This document shows, piece after piece, positions 12,408-23,918 of a stretch of DNA of 64,000 nt (position 1 is its first letter; the number at the start of each line of letters is the position of its first letter). This DNA comes from Eledone cirrhosa (Eukaryota). Below the pieces are notes generated by a model. The model was not told the DNA's origin. It was given only the letters and a program-made list of their open reading frames with translations, and ran no database searches. The DNA lies in the NCBI GenBank assembly GCA_964016885.1, contig OZ024740.1, forward strand, positions 356,004,001 to 356,068,000, written 5' to 3'. Both the position numbers and the translations under genes were made by a program.

Positions 12408-12738
12408 TGGAGGCACATGGCTTAGTGGTTAGAGCATTGGCCTTGCAATCGAAAGGTTGTGAGTTCAATTCTCAGACCGGGCGATGTGTTGTTTCCTTGA
12501 GCAAGACACTTTATTTCACATTGTTCCAGTTTACTCAGCTGTAGAAATGAGATGATAGGGACTGGAGTCCATATCATTTCACTGTAAAGTGGTCGTGGGG
12601 GTGCCACGGCAAAAAAGCACCCACCACTCACTGTAAATGAGGTTGGTGTTAGGAAGGGCATCCAGCTGTAGAAATCAAGCCAGAATCAGTTCCCGTCTCA
12701 CCCTTGCAAGCAGGGAAAAGTGGACGTAAAATGATGAT
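12408..12738 (+). mobile_element. SINE family A, full length
   Basis: Highly similar to 6901-7245. Confidence 0.92.
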
Positions 12739-12778
12739 ATATATGATGATATGTATGCACATGTACACATATATATTT

Positions 12779-12839
<61 letters not shown>

Positions 12840-14269
12840 CACACACATATATACATATACATACGTGCGTATGAGTTATATCGAACATTAAGAATAATGT
12901 TTGATTCGTTTATAAACAAACTGCTTGATTTGGAGCTGTGCAGTGCCAGTGACCGATCGTCATCTGTTTGTTTAACACTGGCTTTGAGGAACAATCAACA
13001 TGTGTCTGGGTCATTACAGGGTCTTCCTCAAAGCAAACTGACTGGAATAGTTTCTCTCTGCATTATCCAAGCCTTTAGGAGGACCTGAACTTAACACTGG
13101 AATTTAATAAAACTCTTGTTAACTCTTAACATAATGTAATGTTTTAACTAGAAATGTCTAAAAATGTTATAATATCTTTATTAGTGGACCGATCATCTTC
13201 ATGTGAACATTTGAAGTCAACAAAAGACTTTAATTTTCAATATGATGCTGTCATAATGCTGTTTTATATTTTCAAGGATATTTTGATAATGCGATTTCAT
13301 GTGGTACAGGACGTTAATAGTTAATTGTGACTTGTTAGAATATGAATGTTCAGATAAGCAGGATATTGGACAAATAGTTAAGTTGTTAGTTCATACTCTG
13401 TAATTGGTATTGCATTGTGTCCATGTCTATAATAGTTATTTATCACAATGGCATACTCCATCTCTAAGCAAATATTGCATTGAAAAATTGATAAATGCTT
13501 TATTAGCTTAGCTGCTAATAAAGAGGTTGACTCTTCATGTGAGCAATAAACGTCTTTTCTGCATAATTGAGTGCTTGGCATTAGGCCAGCATTATATCCC
13601 ATTCTATCATCCTGAAAAGCGTTCCCTGTGTACATTCCTTGTGAAAGAGTGTCCATTAAGAATGATCTGAGGACCCTCCCTCCCACAAGCACCAAAGCTT
13701 AGCACAGGCTTGAGTTGTGTCACAATAGAATAATTTATGCTATGCTTCAACTACTTTCATTTGGGAGCTTATTCACAGATAAATAAATTTTGCATTAAAG
13801 CCTAAACAATTTTTGCTTACATAAATATTTTGCAAAATTAACAGAGAAAAATGAATTAAATAATGAAAAAGAAGGGAAGGGAAAGGAAGAGACAGACCCT
13901 ATACCCCTGTTTAGACGGTATATCTCAGCTTTACTCCATGGACAAGATGGCAAAAACATTGCTACAGAGAACAGCCTGTGACACTCACTGCATCAGCCAT
14001 TCCACCTCTCAGGGCACCTTCTTCAGGTGGGATACACTCCTTGTAATTTTGCAGAGGAAAATGGGACTCTGGGATTCAATGACACCAGAAGTCTTGATGG
14101 CAACCAGACCACTACACACTCAAAAGAAGCAATTGGTCAAGTCTTAGTATATGGATATCTGATAAATAAACCGAGCCATTGAATGCTATGTGTGTTAGTC
14201 ATGGACTAAGTGTAGCAGTGTCAATAATGAAATTGTGCAGATAAGTATGAAATAATAATAATGAAAATT

Positions 14270-14690
14270 GTATACAGTGCTCAGGTGCACTACAACTCAC
14301 CAAAGATGCATGTATAATACATAGAATAATGTAGAAATGTCAGGAAAGTGAACAGTGTATGTGTCATGATATACACACAAACATACACACATGTGTGCGC
14401 GTGTATGGAGGGGGGATATCAGGTGTAGTGTTGGTGAATTTTGAGAAGTATGGAAGTTTTGAAGGATACAGTGTCCCAACAGCTAACAACTGATGCAGGA
14501 AGTTTGTTCCATGCCTCAGCAACTCTGAACGTGAAAAAATGTTTTCAAAAGTCATGGGAGCTGTGATGTTTTCTGATTTTGTAAACATGTCCACAGGTGT
14601 TAGACACATGTAAATCAAAAAGATGCTCAGTTTTGTTGTTCGAAAGATGGTTAATAATTTTGTGGGTGTCTACTAAGTCAGTTGTCAAAC
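14270..14690 (-). mobile_element. CR1-clade LINE 3' end
   Basis: Minus translation SNTCGHVYKIRK...KHFFTFRVAEAWNKLPASVVSCWDTVSFK matches the CR1 C-terminal TRGH..K...FF..RV...WN.LP..VV motif. Confidence 0.8.
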
Positions 14691-14921
14691 TTCTTGTTGA
14701 TTTGCTGCTGCTGTGTTAGGTCGTTATCATTTGCCTGATTAGTGATAGGTGATCAGTTTCTAAGGCCCAACATGAGGAAGTTGGCACATACTGAGTGAGT
14801 GCCCAGATCTCTGCCCACCTGCTAGTGTAGACCTCACACACCTTAATCCTACTACTAAAAGCTAGTTACAGTGCCTGGAAGATGTCACATGATTGCTGTC
14901 TCATACAAAAGTAGAAAATGA

Positions 14922-15105
14922 ATAATTGTTTCTACTTTAGGCACAAGGCCAGCAATTACTCAGTACATTACTGGTACTTTATTTTATTGACCCCGTAAGG
15001 ATGAAAGGCAAAGTTAACCTCGGCGGGATTTGAACTCAGACTGTAAAGGGACGTAACTATGCTAGAAAGCATGGCGTCCAACCCTCTACCGATACTGCTA
15101 ATTCA
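14922..15105 (-). mobile_element. SINE family B
   Basis: Aligns to 4076-4262. Confidence 0.9.
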
Positions 15106-15342
15106 AATGAAATATAAACTTGTAACCAGCGTTCTGACCAGTAGTCTGACTGACACTATCAATTAGTCTAGCTACGATTGTTCAACTATTATATATACAA
15201 TGGATATACAATGAAGATTTATTTCTCTTCATATAACAGACATTTTTTTTTTCTTTAAACTATTTGCTTGTGTCTATTGAACTTTTAACTAGTAATTAGT
15301 TCTTTATTGTTTTGCTAAGATTCTCTCTCACCTCTTTGATAT

Positions 15343-15389
<47 letters not shown>

Positions 15390-15889
15390 CACGCACACAC
15401 TCTCTCTCTGTCTTTTTGTTCTTTGTGTCTGTTTCACGTTACTTCCTTCAGCTCTTAAATCTCTCTGTCATCATCATCATCATCAGCACCAGCACCATCA
15501 ATTTATTTCTCTCTCTTTATTTTTTGTCTTTCTTTTCTTTTATCTCCTTTCTTTGTGGTCAGGATGATGATAACAGTGATGATGATGATGGTCATCATAG
15601 TTGTGATGATAATGATGGTGGTGGCTATGGTGGTGATGGTGGACAATCATCTTTCTATTGGTTTTATAAATCATCATTAATGTAACTAGCCTGTCACAGA
15701 TTCAATGGTATTTCAATAGATTATCTTAGTAGCAACCTTAATGATATAAGTATTTTTTGTTTGTTTGTTTTTGGTGGGCAAGATTTAAAATATTTGATCT
15801 CATGTTTATGGTTCAGTGGATGAGTGGAATATCATTTGAGAGAGAGAGAGAGGGGAAGACAAACAATATGATACCCCATCATCAGATAA

Positions 15890-16520
15890 TAAAGGGAGTT
15901 GTAGGAGAATTTGACTGTTTATAAGGGTGAGTCATTAATTATCTGCAATGGAGAAGCAGAGAAGACTGGACAGAATAAAAAAGAGATTGGTTTAGTGGAT
16001 GAGTGGAGTTTCAATCAGAAACGGGAAAGGCAAATAATGAATTGCAGAAGATGGTGGGAATAGAACCAGTGATTATTGCGAAGAAAGAGGGAAGGAGATG
16101 GCTGAGTCATGTGTTGAGGATGGATGAAAGTGACTGGCTGAGATGAGTGACAAGGAATAGAACCAGTGATAAATATTGTGAAGAGAAATGGAACAAGATG
16201 GCTGAAGGAGTCATGAGTTGAGGAAGGATAAAAGTGATTGGCTGATAGGAGTGATGGGGATAGAACCAGTGATAAATATTGTGAAGAGAAATGAAACAAG
16301 ATGGCTGAAGGAGTCATGAGTTGAGGAAGGATAAAAGTGATTGGCTGATAGGAGCGATGGGGATAGAACCAGTGATAAATATTGTGAAGAGAAATGAAAC
16401 AAGATGGCTGAAGGAGTCATGAGTTGAGGAAGGATAAAAGTGATTGGCTGAGAGGAGTGATGGGGATAGAACCAGTGATTATTGTTGTCAAGAGAGAGGG
16501 AATGAGATGGCTGAGTCACA
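15890..16520 (+). repeat. decayed RTE C-terminal coding fragment amplified into a 103-bp minisatellite
   Basis: gaaccagtgat recurs at 16063, 16160, 16263, 16366 and 16469; the first unit translates ELQKMVGIEPVII...RWLSHVLRMDESDWLR (RTE RWYGHV.RM motif). Confidence 0.8.
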
Positions 16521-16838
16521 CGCATATACACAAACATAAATACACATATGCACACACATACTCACATGCATGGAGACATACTCATAGAGATACTCACACA
16601 CACACAGCTATGCATACATATACATAAATACACACCTTAATTATTCATAAGACACCTATTCCAAAGATCTGAGGCAACTTAAACCTAATATAGAAAAGAT
16701 ACTTCTTAAGATAAAGTATATATTTGTTTGTTTATAGGTATTAAATATCATAAAGAGGTGTTTTGTTTTCTAGCTATTGTCTATATATTATGTTAAACTA
16801 AACATATTTACACAGAGCTATCAAGTATATATACATAT

Positions 16839-16898
<60 letters not shown>

Positions 16899-17550
16899 TT
16901 TAGTTTAATTTTTTTGTTTGTTCCTTTTATTTTTCTGATAATAGTTTTTTTGTTTTGGGGAGTTCTGCACTTAGTTTGTTCACAGGTCTTGGTGGGGTCT
17001 GTTTTGCACATATGTTTGTGACTATCTACAAAGATCTGCCAAAATGTTTCAATGTTGGTGGAGATGTGTGCGTGTGTAAAAGACTAGTCACCAGATCATT
17101 CATGATTGCATCCCAGTTGGCATTATAGAGATCCATGGTATCAAAAGGGTGGGTTGGCACCGTTTGCAAATTTCTGTTTTATATGTTTATACACAAGATA
17201 TGGCTTTCTATAATAATAGTACTAAACACTGTTTTCTGGACCCCTTTAGAAATGACCTGCTACTATAATAGCCCCAATAACTTGTCTGTAACTTGTACCA
17301 CTTTGACCCCTTTCACTAAATTTTGTCCGAACAACACCACTAGAAGAATTTACCTCCCCCGCCAACCCTAACACGCCTCATTAAGCTAACTGCTGCCAAA
17401 ACATTCTCTCCTTACAATCTCTACTAGACTGACAGTCTTAAATCCTAGGACTCCCTCCACCTTACTCACTTCCCTCTTCCCCTTCTCTTCCTACCTTCTT
17501 CTTTCTCTTTTATCTAGTGTATAAAATATTTCCATATCATTCCAATACAA

Positions 17551-17667
17551 AGGTCTGACGACATGGTGTGTTTGCTTACAGTGTACCTTCGGTTTATGAT
17601 AATATTTTTATATTATTCAAATAGCAAGGTATAGGTAACCCATACACTATAGAAACAATTGTTACCT
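17551..17667 (+). ncRNA. type I hammerhead ribozyme with long stem II
   Basis: aggt-CTGACGA-c-atggtgtg...tacactat-a-GAAA-caattg-TT-acct: perfect stem I, 8-bp stem II base, palindromic stem III, followed by aataaa. Confidence 0.85.
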
Positions 17668-17711
17668 AATAAATTCTTTATACCCGCATTTCCATTTCAT
17701 AAACTTCTTCT

Positions 17712-17743
<32 letters not shown>

Positions 17744-17748
<5 letters not shown>

Positions 17749-17948
17749 AGGCGCGTGGCTGAGTGGTAAGAGAATCGTGAGGTTGTAAGTTCGATTCCTG
17801 GACCGGGCGATGCGTTATGTCCTTCAGCCAGACACTTTATATCATGTTGTTCCTTCTACCTGGAGTTGCGACCGATAGATAGTGTTAGCAATTGGAAAGA
17901 CCAATGGAAACAATGTTTCCTTGGTTCGATTTGACGAAAGTCGATCGA
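17744..17948 (+). mobile_element. SINE family C
   Basis: Aligns to 6103-6318 with a small head deletion; (TA)n on both sides. Confidence 0.8.
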
Positions 17949-17980
17949 CTATATATATATGTATATATGTATATTTATAT

Positions 17981-18180
17981 ACTGAAGAGGTCACAGAGTG
18001 TGTGACGAAAGGACTATGACTATATATATAAACAACTATCTGGTTGTGGAACCAACCAACCAACCAGAAATTTATAAGTTTGTAGATTTGTAAATTTATA
18101 AATATATAATAAATTGAAGTGAAAGCAACTGGTGCGTGTGTTTCTTATTGGCAACATCACCCTCCCAAAGTATAACAATA
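17981..18180 (+). mobile_element. HHR-bearing element fragment (relative of 23915-24490)
   Basis: CTGAAGA-g-gtcaca-gagtg-tgtgac-GAAAG...CTA at 17982-18022; end ...cctcccaaagtataacaata resembles 24470-24490. Confidence 0.65.
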
Positions 18181-18227
18181 TATTTATATATATATATGTA
18201 TATATATTTATATATATATATGTATAT

Positions 18228-18581
18228 CATCATCATCATCATCATCATGGTTTAACGTCCATCTTCGACCCTAGCAAGGGTTTGGACAGGAATTTTCCCA
18301 CTTGAGGCAAGATTGGTTGTCTTTCTCGTATAGGACCGTCTGGCGGGTTTTCTACGGCTGGATGCCCTTCCTAACACCAACCACGTGTACAGTGTGGACT
18401 GGGAGGTTTTTACCGTGTTACCTACACGGCCACAGTACAGCGTGGATTGTGTGTTTTTTTGTGGTGACACCTACACGACCTCATTTATTCAGGACTGGAT
18501 GTTGTGGTACCAACATAACTTTACATCGAAAGGGTTGGTGTGGATGGGGTGAGGGTAGTGGGCAGGGGTGTATTTTTGTTA
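18228..18581 (-). mobile_element. RTE LINE 3' UTR fragment
   Basis: Reverse complement of about 23050-23399; (cat)n tail. Confidence 0.9.
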
Positions 18582-18920
18582 ATGGAGGCACATGGCTTAG
18601 TGGTTAGAGCATTGGCCTTGCAATCGAAAGGTTGTGAGTTCAATTCTCAGACCGGGTGATGTGTTGTTTCCTTGAGCAAGGCACTTTATTTCACATTGCT
18701 CCAGTTTACTCAGTTGTAGAAATGAGATGATAGGGACGTCAGTCCCGATCATTCCACTGCAAAGTGGTCGTGGAGGTGCCACGGCAAAAAAGCACCCAGC
18801 ACTCACTGTAAATGAGGTTGGTGTTAGGAAGGGCATCCAGCTGTAGAAATCAAGCCAGAATCAGTTCCCGTCCCACCCTTGCAAGCAGGGAAAAGTGGAC
18901 GTAAAATGAAATGAAAAAAA
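18582..18920 (+). mobile_element. SINE family A, full length
   Basis: Highly similar to 6901-7245. Confidence 0.92.
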
Positions 18921-19020
18921 TGAAATGAATATATATTCATATATATATATATATGTATATTCTGAAGCCTTCCTCTTTATAAATATATATACATATATAT
19001 ATAAATATATATACATATTT

Positions 19021-20082
19021 GGGGTCCACCAGGGCTCTGTTCTTAGCCCTCTCCTGTTCATCATAGTCCTGCAGGCAATAACGGAGGAGTTTAAGACCGG
19101 ATGCCCATGGGAACTCCTGTATGCTGATGACCTCGCACTCATAGCTGAATCTATGGTAGAACTAGAGAATAAATTCCAAACCTGGAAGCAGGGACTAGAG
19201 AGAAAGGGCCTCAAAGTCAACATGACAAAGACTAAGGTCCTTATAAGTAGACGAGAAAACAGAACCCAGATCCCCTCAGGGAAATGGCCTTGCTCAGTAT
19301 GTAGGAAAGGTGTAGGTAGGAACTCCATTCTTTGCCCCAAATGCAAACAATGGGTACACAAGAGATGTAGCGGGATCTCAGGAAGCTTAATTAAGAATGT
19401 AGGATTCACATGCAGCAGCTGTGCTGAAACAGCAAGCAAACAGCCACAGGAAACAAGTACCACCAATCTCTGGGAGGGCCCTGTAGAAACAGTAGACAGC
19501 TTCTGCTACCTAGGTGACCGAATTAGCAACGGAGGTGGGTGCTCAGAAAGTACAATAACTAGGGTAAGAACGGGATGGAAGAAGTTTAGGGAACTACTAC
19601 CACTGCTAGCTGCAAAAGGCTTCTCCCTCAGAATGAAAGGCAGACTGTATGATGCGTGTATCCGAACAGCGATGTTGCATGGTAGTGAGACCTGGGCGCT
19701 GAAGGTGGAAGACTTACGTAGATTAGAGAGAAACGAAGCCTGCATGCTCCGATGGATGTGTAACAGTAATATACGTGAACGACAAAGCATAAATGAATTG
19801 AGAGAGAGACTGAGCATAAGAGGAATCAAATGCTGCGTGCAGGAGAGGCGGTTACGCTGGTATGGACATGTGATGCGTATGAAGGATGACAGCTGCATAA
19901 AAAGGTGCAGAGCACTAGAAGTTGATGGAAACCGCGGAGTGGGGAGACCCAAGATGACTTGGGATGAGGTGATAAAAGCCGACCTTACCCAACTACACCT
20001 CTCAAAGTCAATGACACACGACCGTGACTTCTGGCGTCACGCAGTAATACAGGGTACCCGACCTCCCATGGGTACATGCTGA
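19021..20082 (+). CDS. partial RTE reverse transcriptase (5'-truncated; the ORF-track ATG at 18925 lies in microsatellite) with an internal PHD-like finger
   Basis: GVHQGSVLSPLLF, LLYADD, VDSFCYLG, MLHGSETW, RLRWYGHVMRM, GRPKMTW; C-x2-C...C-x2-C-x4-H-x2-C...C-x2-C at 19291-19422. Confidence 0.85.
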   Translation, partial: GVHQGSVLSPLLFIIVLQAITEEFKTGCPWELLYADDLALIAESMVELENKFQTWKQGLERKGLKVNMTKTKVLISRRENRTQIPSGKWPCSVCRKGVGRNSILCPKCKQWVHKRCSGISGSLIKNVGFTCSSCAETASKQPQETSTTNLWEGPVETVDSFCYLGDRISNGGGCSESTITRVRTGWKKFRELLPLLAAKGFSLRMKGRLYDACIRTAMLHGSETWALKVEDLRRLERNEACMLRWMCNSNIRERQSINELRERLSIRGIKCCVQERRLRWYGHVMRMKDDSCIKRCRALEVDGNRGVGRPKMTWDEVIKADLTQLHLSKSMTHDRDFWRHAVIQGTRPPMGTC

Positions 20083-20386
20083 AGCATATAAACAATATGC
20101 CCCCCCCCCCCCACCGCAAGGTGGTCGTGGAGGTGCCACGGCAAAAAAGCACCCAGCCCACACTGTAAAGTGGACGTGTAGGCGCCACGAAAAAGCACCC
20201 AGCACTCACTGTAAATGAGGTTGGTGTTAGGAAGGGCATCCAGCTGTAGAAATCAAGCCAGATCAGTTCCTGTATGAGCAAGGCATGGTCAGCCGACCAG
20301 ACACTGCCCACAACAGGACAACCCGTCTAACCCATGCTAGCGTGGAAGAACGGACGTAAAACAGTGATGATGATGATGATGATGAT
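19021..20386 (+). mobile_element. young 5'-truncated RTE-clade LINE
   Basis: Uninterrupted RT C-half, repetitive 3' UTR and (gat)n tail. Confidence 0.93.
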
Positions 20387-20529
20387 ATATATTTATATAT
20401 ATATGTATATATATTTATAAAGATATATGTATATATATTTATAAAGATATATGTATTTATATATTTATAAAGATATATGTATATATATTTGTAAAGATAT
20501 ATGTATATATATTTATATATATTTATAAA

Positions 20530-23399
20530 GAGGAAGGCATTAGAATCCTGGAATTCTGTGACGCTAATAACCTAACTATCAGTAACACTAACTAAAAAAA
20601 AACGAGACAATCACTTGATCATCTATAGATCAGGGGAGCACACCAGCCAGATAGATTTTATCCTTACCAGAAGACGTGACAAAGTGTCTGTTATAAACAC
20701 TAAATCCCTCCCCCGTGAAGAATGCACCCCCCAACATAGCCTCATAGTTAGCGACCTCTTAGTCAGGACGAGACGTACTCAACAACAGATGAGGACTACC
20801 CTAAGGAGAAGAATAGGGAAGTTAAAGGACTCCACAGCCAGTAACAAATTTAAAAGCATTTTACTTGATACTTTTGACAGTAAGGAAGAGCAATTAGAGT
20901 CGTACAATATAGAGTAACAGTGGGAATTCCTAAAAGTTAATCTGCTGAAGGCGACAGATGAAATCTGTGGCTGGAACAGACATAAAGGCTGGAGGAGAGT
21001 AACGTGGTGGTGGAACAGTAAGGTGGAGGAGTCAAAGCAAGCTGGAAAGTATGGCGGGATGGGGGAAGTAGAGAACACTATCAAGTGGCCAGGAGGGAAG
21101 CTAGGAGGGAAGCAGAGGAAAGAAAGTTCAAGCATGTTCTACAACGCAAGGACCAAAAACGTGAGGTGTTCAGGATTACTAGGAAATGTGTCAAGGAAAA
21201 CCGTGATATTGTCGGGGAGAAGTGTGTCCATAATGATGGTGGTGTACTTGCCATCACTGATGCTAATAAGAAGGTAGCTTGGAAGTGTCACTACGAGAGG
21301 CTACTAAATGAGGAGAATAAATGGGAAAAGATAGTCTGCCCCAAATCGATCCAATAGAGGGACCATCAGTGCAAGTTGAAGGTAGTATAATAAGTAAGGC
21401 AATCAAAGATATGAAGACAGGCAAGGCAGCTGGGCCTTCGGAGATAGTTGCTGAAATGCTGAAAGCATCTGGAACGGTGGGACATACTATGGTCACCCGG
21501 ATAGTAAACCAAGTCATACAGAATGGGGTCATACCAAATGACTGGCGCAGCAGCATCATCATTAACTGCTACAAGGGTAAAGGAGATGCCCTAGATAGGG
21601 GAAACTATAGAGGCATTAAATTAATTGATTAGGTCATGAAGGTCACAGAAAAAGTTATAGCGCAACTAATCAGAAAGAGAATTGATCTAGATGAAATGCA
21701 GTTTGGGTTTGTGTCAGGTAAAAGTACCACAGATGCCCTTTTCCTTGTACGTCAACTACAGGAGAAGTACCTAGTTAAAAGTAAACCCCTATACTTAGCA
21801 TTTGTTGACTTGGAGAAATCCTTTGACAGAGTCCCCCTTGCCATTATCTAGAAAACTAGGTGTTGATGAATGGCTTGTGAGAGCTATACAAGCCATATAT
21901 AAAGAAACAGTCAGCAAGGTTAGAATTAACAACGAATATAGTGAAAAATTTAGCGTAAAAGTTGGTGTTCATCAGGGCTCTGTCCTTAGCCCCCTCCTAT
22001 TTATTATTGCCCTCCAGGCTATAACAGAGGAGTTCAAGACCGGAACTTCTATATGCAGATGGGAACTTCTATATGCAGATGATCTAACGCTCATAGCTGA
22101 ATCGATGGCTGAACTAGAGAAGAAATTCCAAACATGGAAGCATGGCCTAGAACCAAAAGGCCTTAAAGTTAACTTGTCCAAGACTAAAGTTCTAGTATGT
22201 AGGAAGGAAAATAGGGCACAGGTGCCCTCTGGGAAATGGCCATGCTCAGTGTGTTGGAAAGGAGTAGGCAGAAACTCCATTTTATGTCCCAAATGCAAAG
22301 TATGGGTGCATAAAACATGTGGGATCACAGGTAAGCTATCTCAGAACGTAGATTTTATATGTGGCCGGTGCTCAGGTGCAATAAGTAGCAAGTGCCCACA
22401 GAATACTAGCTCATTCCATTGCACAGATGGTTCTATAGAAATAGTGGACACTTTCCGTTACCTGGGTGACAAAATCAGCAGTGGAGGAGGGTGCTCTGAA
22501 AGAACTGTAGCCAGAGTCAGATCGGGATGGAAAAAGTTCAGAGAGCTTATACCGCTGTTGGCCACTAAAGGTTTCTCTCTAAAAATGAAAGGCAGACTGT
22601 ATGATGTGTGCATACGAACAGCAATGCTACATGGCAGTGAGACATGGGCATTGTGTCAGAGGTTCTGCGCAAACCCGGAGAGGAACGAATAATGCATGCT
22701 CCGTTAGATGTGTAATAGTAATATACATGAACAGCAAAGCATAAATGAAAAGTGAGAAATTAGGAATAAGAAGGATCAGATGCTGTTTACTCGAGAGAAG
22801 ACTGCGTTGGTATGGTCACATGATATGCATGAAAGATGACAGCTGTATAAAAAAGTGCAGGGCGATCAAAATTGATGGAAGTTGCAGAGTAGGTAGACCC
22901 AGAAAACCTGGGACGATTTGATAAATTCCGACCTCACATGCTTACACCTCTCCAAGACAATGTCACTGGACCGAGATCTTTGGTGCTACACAGTAATACA
23001 GAAGACCTGCCTTGCCTGTGTACAAAGCGAAACCTACAGTCAGTAGGCACCTCTTAACCAAATATACACCCCATCCCACTATCCCCCCCCCCCGCCATCA
23101 ACACCACCCCTTTCGCTGTCAAGTTATATTGGTACCACAACATCCAGTCCTAAATAAATGAGTTTGTGTAGGTGTCACGACAAAAAAAAAACACAGTCCA
23201 CGCTGTAATGTGGCCGTGTAGGTAACATGGTAAAAACCTCCCAGTCCACACTGTAAACGTGGTTGGTGTTAGGAAGGGCATCCAGCCATAGAAAACCTGC
23301 CAATAGGAGCGAGACGACCAATCTTGCCTCAAGTGGGACAATTCCCGTCGAAACCCATGCTAGCATGGAAGATAGACGTTAAACGATGATGATGATGAT
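20530..23399 (+). mobile_element. decayed RTE-clade LINE (APE C-terminus, RT, PHD-like finger, 3' UTR)
   Basis: YRSGEHTSQIDFIL (APE), KAAGP, YKGKGD..DRGNYRGI, QFGF, FVDLEKSFD, QGSVLSP, YADD; several stops and frameshifts; (gat)n tail. Confidence 0.93.
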
Positions 23400-23510
23400 A
23401 AAGATATATGTATATATATTTATATATATAGATGTATATATATTTATATATATATATGTATATATATTTATATATATATATGTATATATATTTATATATA
23501 TATGTATATA

Positions 23511-23554
<44 letters not shown>

Positions 23555-23557
<3 letters not shown>

Positions 23558-23872
23558 TCATCATCATCATCATCAGCGTTTAACGTCCGTGTTCCACACT
23601 TGCATGGGTTTGGATGGGGGTTTTCCCACTTGAGGCAAGAGTGATTGTCTTGCTCGCATAGGACTGTCTGGCAGGTTTTCTACAGTTGGATGCCCTTCCT
23701 AACACCAACCACATTTACAGTGTGGGTCTGGGAGGTTTTTACCGTGTTGGCTACACGGCCACATTACAGCGTGGACTGTGTGTTTTTTTGTCGTGACACC
23801 TACACGATCTCATTTGTTTCGGCCTGGATGGTGTGGCACCAACATCCTGGATGGTGTGGCACCAACATCCTG
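23555..23872 (-). mobile_element. RTE LINE 3' UTR fragment
   Basis: Reverse complement of about 39845-40138; short tandem duplication cctggatggtgtggcaccaacat at the truncation point. Confidence 0.9.
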
Positions 23873-23877
23873 ATATA

Positions 23878-23914
<37 letters not shown>

Positions 23915-23918
<4 letters not shown>

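Larger units (their letters stand above)
12080..13017 (-). mobile_element. HHR-bearing partial tandem element interrupted by a SINE A
   Basis: Unit 12080-12405 with a diverged second copy at 12870-13017 that stops inside HHR stem II. Confidence 0.7.

Noticed and set aside
18925-19020. ATG giving a 385-aa full-length RT
   Set aside because: The N-terminus is microsatellite read-through; the element is 5'-truncated and lacks the APE domain and RT N-half.
18861-19952. Long minus-strand ORFs (201 aa and 148 aa)
   Set aside because: Antisense shadows of the RTE RT frame.
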